Below, piece after piece: positions 39,399 through 50,463 of a DNA stretch of 64,000 bases. Position numbers and translations under genes: made by a program. Each line of letters opens with the position of its first letter. Positions within the stretch are counted from its first letter, which is position 1. The notes beneath the pieces are model-generated. The model worked only from the letters and a program-made list of their open reading frames with translations, was not told the DNA's origin and searched no databases. Source of the DNA: Podarcis pityusensis (lineage: Eukaryota); assembly GCA_964106645.2 (NCBI GenBank), contig OZ067041.1; one strand, given 5' to 3'.

Positions 39399-41905
39399 CT
39401 TGTGTGACTCCCAGCCACTGTCTCCACTTTCCAGTTGAAGAACTGCCTTATTTTATTTTTTACGATGCACTTAAAAAAAATCCCTAGATCGTAGGGTTTG
39501 CCTCAACTGGTGATAAATCTTAACCTTCCTAGCATGGAAATATTATACCCAGACTTTTGTTGTATGCTTTCTCTTCTCCCTTTTCCTAAACTGAACACCA
39601 CTGGCTTGAGAACGAAAACTTCCTCCAATATACACACATAAGGAATCAATTAGCTTGCAAAAACATGGCAGAACCACATTTGATTTCTTTTCTTCCAGAT
39701 AAGTAGAAAGCTTTAATGACAGTCACATATAAGGAATAATAAAGTGTATTTATAGCATTGCATGGCCCCTTGACATAATTGTTGTTTAGAGAGGGATGTA
39801 ATGTGGTCATGCGAAAGATTGGTTTCACTTTTTGTGGGGGTTTTGTGGTTGCAATATCCATGTCTTTGGATCATAACATGTAATCTGATCAATGATCTGA
39901 TATACATTCCCAAAACCAGAAGGGAGAAAAACTGCTTGCCTTTGGTTATATATATATTTTAAAAAATATTAAGTAAACCTTTCAGCAGTTTCACACATTT
40001 CAATTTTTTAAAAAAGGTTAGAAGCTATCACAACAATTTCTTATAATTAAGTGATTACTAGTTATTTCTTATTTTTAGTTTGAATGCTATCAAAAACTAC
40101 ATCTCATACCTCAAATTCTTCTTTTATTAACTTGGAAGCAAGTTGCACTGGTGGTTTTGACCAATGAAACATCCAGTAAACATGCTTAGGATTGAAATCC
40201 TCTATATCTAAGCTTGCATCTGTTCTCTTGTTCTGCAGCATGATATATAACTCCCCCGTCCAAGAAAAACCCACCCTTGGCTATTTAAAATGAGGTCCTG
40301 CCAATTTCCTCACTTCTCCCAAGATAAGCAGAGTTTAAGACATAACAAGATGGGTCAGTCTCTGTTGCTTTGGAGTATTTGGAGTCTGCCAAGCCATAGG
40401 CAAGTGCTATCTTATTCCCAAGTGTTACCTATGCAGATGTTTCAAAGTGACCTGCTTTGCTCCAGCAATTATGTAGCACAACTGTGCAGTCCAGATACAG
40501 CTTCCAGATGGGCATGTTGAGATCCTTTTCTGCTATTAAATATGGACCATTTCTGATTATCAGCCAACACCGTTGTGAAAGATGTTGTGAAATCTGCAAG
40601 CAAGGAAAACCTGGCGGAAGACATCTTCCAAATACAAGCAAAGTCAATAAAACCTGAGTTCCGTAAACTTCTCTGCAAAATCAGTCACCATAGCTATCAA
40701 ATTATATTTTGATAGGTTTGAATTATTTATTTCATTTATTAAATTTGTATAGAACCCTTCCTCCAAAGATCACAGGGCGGTTCACAACATTAAAGTGCAA
40801 AATGCAAACACATACCCCAAGTTTGAGATTTATAATTCTATTTAAAAAAAGCTTTAGATTCCATGTATATATTTTCACGATCGATAACACGCATAAATCT
40901 TCATGGTAACCTTTGAAACCAGACATGAGGAAGCTGTGGTCCTCCAGAGGTCGGGACTCCCAACACCCATCAGCCCCGGTTAGTGTGCCAGTGGTCAGAG
41001 ATAATGGGAGTTGGTAGTCCAAATTTTGCAGGGTCACAGATTCCTCATACTTGCTATAATCAGATGGTTCATATCTACCTGGAATCAAAACTGGGAAGCT
41101 CTGTTGACATAATGGATGAAGATGGAAACTAAGATGGGGGCTTCTGATTAGAACCATTAAAATAAATAAATACTCAAACTGAACAGCATGGAATTTTGCT
41201 TTCATGAACAGTTTTTTCTGCTTTAGTAATCTTATTTTGGAAAATGTCTGAGCACTTTGAGACTAAGTAAGTGAACTTGATAGGTGCATGGTGTATGGAA
41301 AAAAAGGATATAATGATGTCAGTGTCCCCTTATTCCTATGCTAGGAATTGGGGAGGTTCCTTTATCACTCATTCGCTCCACTAAGATGCATTTTCTCCAT
41401 AAAGACAGATTTGCACATAAAGACCCCAATTCAGGTAAAGTTAGTTACATTATGTTCCCTTTAAACGAAGAGGAAACCAGCAGGCTCCTTTACAGAAGCT
41501 GATGGAGAAGCTTCTCGACTCGTAGTTGAAAACTATTTATTCAAATTTCTGTCATATATTACAATTGGAACTTGTAAAAAAACAACACACCTTTCAGTAT
41601 GGACAACTCCCTGTTTTGGATTCCAGTTGCTTTTGTTCATTCCCATTCTCCTCAGTTTTCTGCCCCCCCCCAAAAAAAATTCCAAGCCCACTAAACATGC
41701 TGGGGTTTTTGGGGGAAATTTTCCTCTGAAATAATTCCTTTACTTCTGGAAACCTCAAAAGTTCCCGAAGCCCCCCAATATTCTTGTGCATGGCATTTTG
41801 ACAACAATAGGACTGTCATTCACAGTAGGAACATCAGATACAGGGGGAATGATAGCAGAATTTAGGCTAGGTTGCCATATACGGTAGTCTCCCCTCATTC
41901 TATTA

Positions 41906-43389
41906 CCGTATTTTTCCGTGTATAAGACAATATTTTCCACAAACTTTTTAAGTTTAAGATCGGGGGTCATCTTATACAGTGGTATCTCCGGTTACAAACG
42001 GGATCTGTTCCGGAGGCCCAGCTGTATCCCAAAGATTTCGTAACTGGAGGACCGCTTCTGCACACACGCGAGCGGCAAACCCATTTCCGGATTTGCTGCG
42101 TTCACAACCCGAAGATTACATTACCCGAAGGTAATGTAACCCGAGGGTCCACTGTACACGGAATGTTGCAATTAAATATATAAATAAATATGTGCCACCA
42201 TCCATATTCTTTCCCCCCAGCCTCCCCTCACTGTTGGCCTCATGAAAAAACCCTGGTCTGGTACTCCCCAAAGCAGCCCCCACTCTGGACATTGTCCCTT
42301 CCACCCAGTTCCCTCAGCCGCCCCCTGGCTACCCAGACCCCCCCATTCCCCAAATGCACTCAGGCAGCTCTGGCAGTCGGAGATCCTCACAGCGGGAGAA
42401 ATCCGCTCCGGCGCGTGGGGCGGGGTGAGCCACCCATAGGGGCGGGGTGCACTGCGGGGCCTCCGGAGTCTGCCTGCCTCCTCCCACTCAACTGTTAGAT
42501 TTCTGTTATGCTACTGTGCAGTTTTTGGAGTCACAAGACTCTGTTTACATTCCAGACTGCTGGAAGTCTCACGGGATGTGGGAGACGGATGTTGATGTTA
42601 CTGGTTTCCTGTTTCTTTGTGCTAGTTGTTCACTGCCTCTCACAAAGAGCAGATGCATATTTTTTTTCTGTCCTGCGTAGTTAGAAATAAACGTAGCGAT
42701 GTAGCACATGTTTTTCTTTCCTTCTGCTGCTGTTTGGATACTCTGCGTAATGGGAGCATGCCTGAAGCCTCATCAAAGGCTTAGGTCGTAAATCACCGTC
42801 AGAGCAGAGGTCGATGGATTCCGAAGATACGACGAGGAGGAGAGCTATTACAGCTCGGTCGTATGCAAGTTCTGACATTAACCACCCTACAGCTGGGGGG
42901 GGGGAGGCAGCGGGCGGACTGTTTGGGCCCAAGGGGCAGAGTGCAGTTCGCTCCCCTGGATGTTTGAGAGTGGAGCAGAAAAATGCAATTTGATTTCTGC
43001 AGCATACAAATTCCCTCTTAAAGGGTTCTTTAACTATGATTCTTGTATTGCGGCACCGACCAGTTCCCGGCTGTCGGGGACACGCTCTCATTCCAGCTCA
43101 GCTGCCCAGCTCCGCGTCAGTGCCGCCGCCGCTCCAGTTCTTATACTGCATGTTATAATAATGCTGACTAGCCCAAATATAATAATAAAATTACTTAGTG
43201 TAATTACGATACTAATGTTGTTCTGTTTGATGTTTAAATATATGGTACTAAATATAACGGTGTTTTCAATATTTAATAAAATATCAAAGTTGTTCAGTTT
43301 GGTGTTTAAAATATTTATTTCTTAATTTTGGGCTCAAAAAATAGGGGCCGTCTTATACATGGGGGCGTCTTATACAAGGAAAAATACGG
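41906..43389 (+). mobile_element. Tc2/pogo-type non-autonomous DNA transposon with ~1 kb unusual internal sequence
   Basis: TIRs CCGTATTTTTCCGTGTATAAGAC / GTCTTATACAAGGAAAAATACGG; flanks TA and CA; subterminal GTCTTATAC repeats. Confidence 0.85.
41977..42154 (+). mobile_element. Tigger-type MITE (family B) nested in the Tc2 element
   Basis: TA|CAGTGGTATCTCCGGTTAC...GTAACCCGAGGGTCCACTG|TA. It splits the host motif tcttata^cacgg. Confidence 0.88.
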
Positions 43390-43647
43390 CATTTAAGCAC
43401 CTCCTTTCCCCAAAAAATAAATACAATAAATTGCAATCATATTATACGCGACAATTTTGGAGAAAAGCCCACAGAACTCTTTCCAGAAAACATGCATTGG
43501 ATTGCATCATCAGCGTAGCAGAGCAAACTACACTGTAATGCTAAATGTGTTTCTTTGTGTGATTCTTTTGAGAAATGCAAACAGCAGCTGCAGGAGCCCC
43601 AATCAGGACTGAGATGGGGCTGTTTAACCCTTTCTCCCCTGCCATTA

Positions 43648-43858
43648 AAGGTAAAGGGACCACTGACCATTAGGTCCAGTCGTGGCCGACTCTGGGGTTG
43701 CGGCGCTCATCTCGCTTTATTGGCCGAGGGAGCCGGCGTACAGCTTCCAGGTCATGTGGCCAGCATGACTAATCCACTTCTGGGGAACCAGAGCAGCGCA
43801 CGGAAACGCTGTTTACCTTTCCGCCGGAGTGGTACCTATTGATCTACTTGCACTTTGA
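43648..43858 (-). mobile_element. 5'-truncated Sauria SINE
   Basis: ACCTTT tail plus the 3' half only. Short TSD CATTA. Confidence 0.9.
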
Positions 43859-45506
43859 CATTACCCTAATAAAAAATCCACTTCTCAATGCTGCCCTTTG
43901 TACTGGCAGGGGAGAAACATCACAGCGCATGGCCCTAAGAGTCTGAGATGTGAACCTGGAAGCCCTTGAAACAAATTTCACCTAGACCGTGAATTTATTA
44001 GGTAGTCTTAAACAACCCGTTATCACTCAACCTTCCTCAACCTACTGACCGACCCTATAAGAGTTGTAGGGATTAACATACGCAACATGAAAGCACTAAA
44101 TAATAAATGATACATATCAATATCTTTTACACAGTATCCAATCATCTCCATAGCTGAGCAAGGTAAGAGCCATTTAAAAACTGGGTGAATTTGAATATTT
44201 TATCACCGTACAAAGGCGCCGTGTTAATTAAAGTCACATATTGCTCTTCTGCAGCATGCCTTCATCAGCGCAGAAACACAGAGGCTTCTAAAATGCCAGT
44301 TTCAGAGACCATCAGGGTTATATTCTGAGTGGCACGTTTCTAAACAGTTAATCACTGATTTGAATATATGTCAACACATTCTGCTGGAGTGCTATAAAAC
44401 GTGTCAACAGCAAAAAGAAAAAAATAAGAAAAAAATTGGTGACACACTTGGGACACAGAGTTTTTGTGCTGACACACCGTAATATAATTTTTTTTGAAAA
44501 AAATATCATCTGTTTAGCTATAAGCAACAATTAATCTTTTCAGTCATAAATACAGTGTTTTAAATAACACCTACAGAAGCAAAAACACACCCAAAGTGCT
44601 ATTTAATCTTACTTTCATTGCCTTTCTGGCCCTGCCGATTTAAAAATTCCTAAAATGCAGCACGCAATAAATTTTGCAATTAGGAGAAAAACGTGAGCTA
44701 TCAATATTTATTTCCCCTTTCCTCAGTTAATAAAATTACTTAACTCTAAACCTCTAAGTGAAAAGAAATCCTGGGAGCACTGCAAGCCTCAGAGGATTAA
44801 TTTCGCTTCCATGAAATGACATTTTATTCCCGAATCATTTAACCTCTGACTTTTCATAACTAGACATTCAGCCCTTGAACTATGATTTAGTGACGAGACT
44901 CAAAGGTGGCAGAACAGTCCTGTCATGTATGTGATATTAACAGCTTTCTCTTCCACCTCCCCACGCAAGTTGATGATGAAGACCTGATGGCTGAAACTTA
45001 GTTTTTAATTATTTTTTAAGGAAAGTTTTTTACATCCCACAATGGATTATTGGAATTTCCTTGTAGAATCAGCTTATTGGAACCCTAAAATATGCACAAA
45101 TTACATCTGCACATGTTTGTTGTCCCATTACTGTTACACCGCTCCCTTTCTTTCATCTTCTCCCTGTGCTATAGTCAATGTTTTGGGGCTGGGGCCTGTC
45201 CTTCTTAAATTTCATTTTGCTTGCCTTACTCGGTGAAGTGCCATAGGCATGGATAACCCTATATAAATACTAAATAATTCTTGTTCTGTTTTAACAAGGG
45301 TAAAAGAAATATGTAAAACACAACACAACAACGGTGCAAAATCATCCGCATTCATTGGTCAGCACCACTTATTTAACCACTAAAAACGCAAAAAACACAT
45401 CAACCCAATCAGCTAGGAAAATACATCATCATTCACCTTGGGGTCTCTAATTTCAGTGGCGCCAAAATTCAGGTTCCCCACGGCCTGTCTCGCTTCATTT
45501 TAAATA

Positions 45507-45653
45507 CAGTGGTTGCGGGCAGGATCCGTTCCAGAGCTCCGGTCGGATCCCGAGGTTTCTGTAACCGGAAGGACTACTTCTGCGCATGCGGCAAAACACT
45601 TCCGGGTTTGCCGCTTTCGCAACCCAAATTTTACGTTACCCGAGGTGCTACTG
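45507..45653 (+). mobile_element. Tigger-type MITE (family B, deleted)
   Basis: TA|CAGTGG...CCCGAGGTGCTACTG|TA; internal similarity to 41977-42154. Confidence 0.75.
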
Positions 45654-45852
45654 TAATAGTTGCAGCACCCCCTAAAGCTCCGCGTCCAGTGCAACCGAAC
45701 CACGAAATCCACCTCTGTATCATGTGACTATTTCAGTCATCAATGTTTGATTTCCCTTGGCAGAACACACATAAAATGCCCTGAACCGATTAGTCAGGTT
45801 GATTTGTCAATCTCTTATCCCGCCCGCTTTAACACTGGTTTGTATCCAAAAG

Positions 45853-46184
45853 CAGGCCCTCCAAGTGTCCCTATATTTCAGGGACAGTCCCAGATTTACA
45901 GACGACGTCCTGGTTTCTGATCTGATCCCGGAACGTCCTGCATTTCCTTAGGACGTCCCTATTTTCACTGGAGAAACGTTGGAGGGTATGGAGTTATGCA
46001 ACCTCCGGGCCAAGAAGGTAAATTCTCTGTATAGTTTTATTATGTTTTTATGTATGTTAGAAGCCACCCAGAGTGGCTGGGGCAATCCAGTCAGTTGGGC
46101 GGGGTATAAATAATGAAATTATTATGATTAGGGTTATAGAATAGGACAACCCTATTTTCCTTGGAGAAATCTTGGGAGGGTGTG
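45853..46184 (+). mobile_element. Composite hAT-like MITE carrying an L2 3' tail (copy 3)
   Basis: CAGGCCCTCCAAGTGTCCC...inner end GGAGGGTATG (45990), junction GAGTTATG, L2 tail, outer end GGGAGGGTGTG. Confidence 0.75.
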
Positions 46185-46480
46185 CGAAAGTGGTTTTGCC
46201 TTAGCAGTAAGTGTTTTAAGGCACCTATTTTTCACTGATCTGGCCCTATAGCCACCTGTGCTATTATCCTGTTTTGACAGTTCCTTGAGCTTCAGGGGCA
46301 GGTTCGGGAGGGCAGAGACATGGGGCTTAAGCAAGTAACTGGGAAATCAGCAAAAACTGGCTGCCCAGACTTTTTCAATCAGAACTACATTCTGCTAAGA
46401 CACAGAGCCATCATAGATACGACCCACTGTTTGCCCAGTTCCTTTCCCTGGGATTTGAACGACTGTATTCCTTGCTCTGT

Positions 46481-46830
46481 GGGACACAGGTGGCGCTGTG
46501 GGTTAAACCACAGAGCCTAGGACTTGCCGATTAGAAGGTTGGCGGTTCGAATCCCCACGACGGGGTGAGCTCCCGTTGCTCGGTCCCTGCTCCTGCCAAC
46601 CTAGCAGTTCGAAAGCACGTCAAAGTGCAAGTAGATAAATAGGTACCGCTCCGGCGGGAAGGTAAACGGCATGTCTGTGCACTGCTCTGGTTTGCCAGAA
46701 GCGGCTTAGTCATGCTGGCCATCTGACCCGGAAGCTGTACGCCAGCTCTCTCGGCCAATAAAGCGAGATGAGCACCGCAACCCCAGAGTCGGCCACGACT
46801 GGACCTAATGGTCAGGGGTCCCTTTACCTT
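46481..46830 (+). mobile_element. Sauria SINE, full length
   Basis: GGGACACAGGTGGCGCTGTGG, GGTTCGAATCC, CCCTTTACCTT tail. TSD TATTCCTT(G/T)CTCT. Confidence 0.95.
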
Positions 46831-47329
46831 TATTCCTTTCTCTTCCTATGTCCATTTATTGCATGTAACCACCAAATTTAATCCTTGCTCAGTGTCTTCT
46901 TTCAAACATGTACACCTTCATTGTGATACAATGGACTGATACCACCTATGCAAGGCTGTACAGTCATCCAGTTTGTTTTTCTTGAAATTAATTCTTCTAT
47001 TGCCATTTTGGCCACAGTAGTTCTAACAAATGATAAATCTTTCAGGTTTTTTTACTGGGTATTCAACTGGTCAGTTGTGAATTCTTCACTTCCTGCCTTC
47101 TCTCCTGACTGGGCCACAGGGCTTCGTATTCTCCCCACCTTCCACCATTTCTGGGAGAAGTGAACAAATCAAGCAAGTGTTTTACCTCACAACGTCGGGG
47201 AGTATGACTTTGGTCTGTTTCCAGCTCCCCTCGGCAAACCCACCAAACTAGATTGTGTTAACATAGCAATTTAGATAAAGCAATGGACTTTGGTGAGGAA
47301 AACCGTGGTTGCTTGAACTGAAGTGGAAC

Positions 47330-47516
47330 CAGGGATGCCATCTTGAATAAAATATTGCGAGAGGAGGCAGGCAAGCCCCACCCTACGTAATCAATCACAT
47401 GATGCAGTGCGCACACACCATTTTAATGGCAATGCCAATCAACTTTTTTGGGGGGCTGGCCCCCTCAAATATTTTATTTGGGGAGAAGAAATGGAACGTC
47501 AGAGTTGGCTCCTATG
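47330..47516. mobile_element. hAT MITE
   Basis: CAGGGATGCCA...TGGCTCCTATG with perfect TSD AGTGGAAC. Confidence 0.8.
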
Positions 47517-47720
47517 AGTGGAACTATAAATTAATTTTCCCTTTTTCCTGTTGAGTAGTTGCAGGACGTATGTTCTGAAATGAATCACTTTGGGAAAGAT
47601 CCAGTACTTTAAATGGGAACCTTGAGGCCTTATTCCCTCAAGAGAAACGCTTCGGGGACCACATGCTGACTGTGGGACAGGCCAGGGCTACAAGCATACA
47701 CTTTTCATCATCCCTAAATC

Positions 47721-47857
47721 CAGCGCTATTTTTCTAGAAAAAGTGGTGCTGGAACTCACCATGAACATCTCCTTCGTGCTCTTAGAATGGCCATGGTGCA
47801 CACCTGAGGGGGCCCGGAACTGAGTTCCGTTGAGTTGTGGCTGAAAAAAAAGTCCTG
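47721..47857. mobile_element. hAT MITE
   Basis: CAGCGCTATTTTTC...GAAAAAAAAGTCCTG with perfect TSD CCTAAATC. Confidence 0.85.
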
Positions 47858-48179
47858 CCTAAATCCATAGTCTCTTTAGCTGTAGTCAGGCAGTCACCTG
47901 AACAGTGGAAGAGCTAGATGGGGCCAGAGCAAAGACGCATGCACAAGCTCCTTAGATCCTTGCATAAGTTACAATGCATTTGTAAAGGCTGTTTTTTCAA
48001 TGTGCTTAGAAACTGTCCCTTTGATTGAAACCCCCTGATAAACCGGGGTTCCTGCTTCTAGGGAGATTTTGAAGCGTGCTCATTTGAACACATTTGGAAA
48101 ACCCTCCAGATCTAACTGCATGAAGATCTGAAGAGCAGTCAACATGACCGGAGAAGTTAAGGCCGGTGGGGGCTTGTGT

Positions 48180-48297
48180 CATACCCTCCAACATTTCTCT
48201 GATGAAAACAGAGACAGCCTGAGGAAAAAACGGGACATTCTGGGATCAAATCAGAAACCGGGACGGCTTCTTTAAATAGGGGCACTTGGAGGGTCTG
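48180..48297 (-). mobile_element. Simple (cargo-free) form of the hAT-like MITE seen in the composite elements
   Basis: CATACCCTCCAA...TTGGAGGGTCTG, with the same arm as 38478-38612 but no L2 tail. Confidence 0.75.
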
Positions 48298-48522
48298 TAA
48301 TGTATTGGTGCCCCCCAGCCCCCAATTTAAATCTTCACATGTTCATGCAAATGACTGCACACAGCTTTTATCTCTTAAGAAGCTTAAGAGCAAGAAAGTG
48401 TGGGTGCTGCAATGATCTTGACAGATCTTTCTTAAATTCATCCATCAATCCATCCTCACACTTCATCTACTCATACACCCCCACACCCTTCTTTCCATAT
48501 TTCTCTTTCACTCCAATTCAGC

Positions 48523-49130
48523 TGTTAACGGAAAAATCCGAGGGCTCCCTTGGACAAAAAACAAAGACACCAACAGGATTACTTGGAGCAAAACAGCAGC
48601 CTGTAGGCTTGGCCTTTATTGATCTGTTGCAACAGGGTACTCCCCTCACCTGCAGGAGAGAGGAGAGACCCAGGAAAATGGTGTGCAAGGCCTTATAAAG
48701 ACTTTTGAAATTGCCACCCTGTAGATCAAGACCACCCCCAGAAGCATCACACTTACATCACAGAAAAGGCGGTCTAAAACAGAACATTTGAATATTGTTT
48801 ATCTCCTGTTGTTGTTTATCTCCTGTCTGGCAGGTTACTTGATTGGATTGCCTGGGGAGCCTGGCCATTCTTTTGTAGTGATAGATACTTAGTTCCTGGG
48901 CCATGTCACAGGCTCACACCCTATTCAAACACAGACATACCCTTAAGACAGGATTTGTGAAGGAAAAGACAATGGGGAGGCTTTTCCAGTTTGACCTTGC
49001 AGAGAAAACATTTGCTCAGTTTAGGAATCAAAATGGTTCCAGGTTGGCCTTCCTGTGCTGATCTATGTATGTGCTTGGTTGGTACACTTATGAACATTAC
49101 CATATATTTAAGACCATAAAATTCCTATCA
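48523..49130 (-). mobile_element. Probable ERV solo LTR (~610 bp)
   Basis: TG...CA termini. Minus-strand TATA-like CTTTATAAGG (48691-48700) followed by AATAAA (48615-48620). TSD is ambiguous: CAGC/CAAG, or ATTCAGC if the end is 49136. Confidence 0.65.
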
Positions 49131-49973
49131 CAAGCAATTCAGCTTAGGGAACTATTATTGCAAGTGGGAGCTTTCCCCCATTATGCCTGAATGCTATGAT
49201 GTAGGAGACGGGCTCATGGGGATGAGAGCACATGGTAAGGTTATAAATTGTTACGTGATCCTGTGAGCCAGAAGAGGTGCATATTTTGCATATATCCTAC
49301 CTTCTCTTAGCATCCCTGCATGCAGGCCAAGAACAAGGGCAGAATCCAACTGAACAGCTCCACTAGCGCAAGCACCTTGGGCTGCGAAATGGAACTTCTC
49401 CTCCCTCTCTTCTTCCTGCACACCTCTCCTAAAGCTCTTGCGAGTTTCCCTCCAGCCCTCTGGAGCAGATTTTGGGGGCACACAGGGAGAGAAGAGTGAG
49501 AGGAAGTTACCTTGTGCAGGCCAAAGTGCTAACACTAGCAGAATTGTTTAGCTGAATGCTGCCTAAGATCTTTCCCTGCTGTACGCATAGGCATCTTTCA
49601 ATTAATTAACTAAAACCGAGTCAAAACCAGTGCTGAAATTACAGTTGCGGAAAGGCCAGCAGTTACAGTACTATGCTGCCGGCATGTCAAGGCAGAAACA
49701 ACCAATTGCAAAACATGATCTCAGTTACTATGCTCACATTATTGGGTGTTTCCTCCCCCCCCCCCCCCCGCTTACACAGATTTCACTTCCATGCAGGAAA
49801 ATATGTGTTCAATGTCTATACACACAGAGACCATAATCCCACTGTCTAAAATTAGATCATAAGACTTTTGTACCTGGCCTAATAATATTAACAGTAATAA
49901 TGAAAACAAGGTGTGTGAAAAAGGCGCACGAGTCATTTTTGCTGCATGCATGTGTGATGTAAAGACATAATCA

Positions 49974-50463
49974 CTGTATTTTTCACTCTATAAGATGCAC
50001 TTTTCCCATCCTAAAAAGTAAGGGGAAATGTGTGTGCGTCTTATGGGGCGAATGCAGGCGGGAGGCTCTGCTCAGCGCTCCCTTTAAAGAGCCGCGTGGA
50101 GCATGTGTGCAGCTCTTGGGGGCTTTTCCCCAAAGGAGGGAGAAGGGCTGCCCTTCTCCCTCCTCGGGGAAAAGCCCCCAAGAGCCGCACACACACTCCG
50201 CATGCTCTTTAAAGGGAGCGCGGCTCTTGGGGGAGCCTTAGCCGCACGCAGCCTCTCCCGGGCAGGGGATGAAGGCTCCCCTTGACCGGAAGATGCTGCG
50301 CGCGGCTATCTCATAAGCCAGGACAGCAAGTGGGATCGCTGCGCAGCGGTCCCGCTTGCTGTCCTGGCTTCTGGGATTCAGAATTTTTTTTCTTCTTGTT
50401 TTCCTCTTCCAAAAACTAGGTGCGTTTTACGGTCTGGTGCGTCTTATAGAGCGAAAAATACGG
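49974..50463 (+). mobile_element. Tc2/pogo-type MITE with internal palindromes
   Basis: TIRs CTGTATTTTTCACTCTATAAGATGCAC / GTGCGTCTTATAGAGCGAAAAATACGG|TA. Confidence 0.9.

Noticed and set aside
42681-43140. CpG-rich ORF (MRACPRQ...) as CLYBL exon 1
   Set aside because: It lies inside transposon TIRs, does not resemble a mitochondrial leader, and has no good phase-2 donor at the expected distance.
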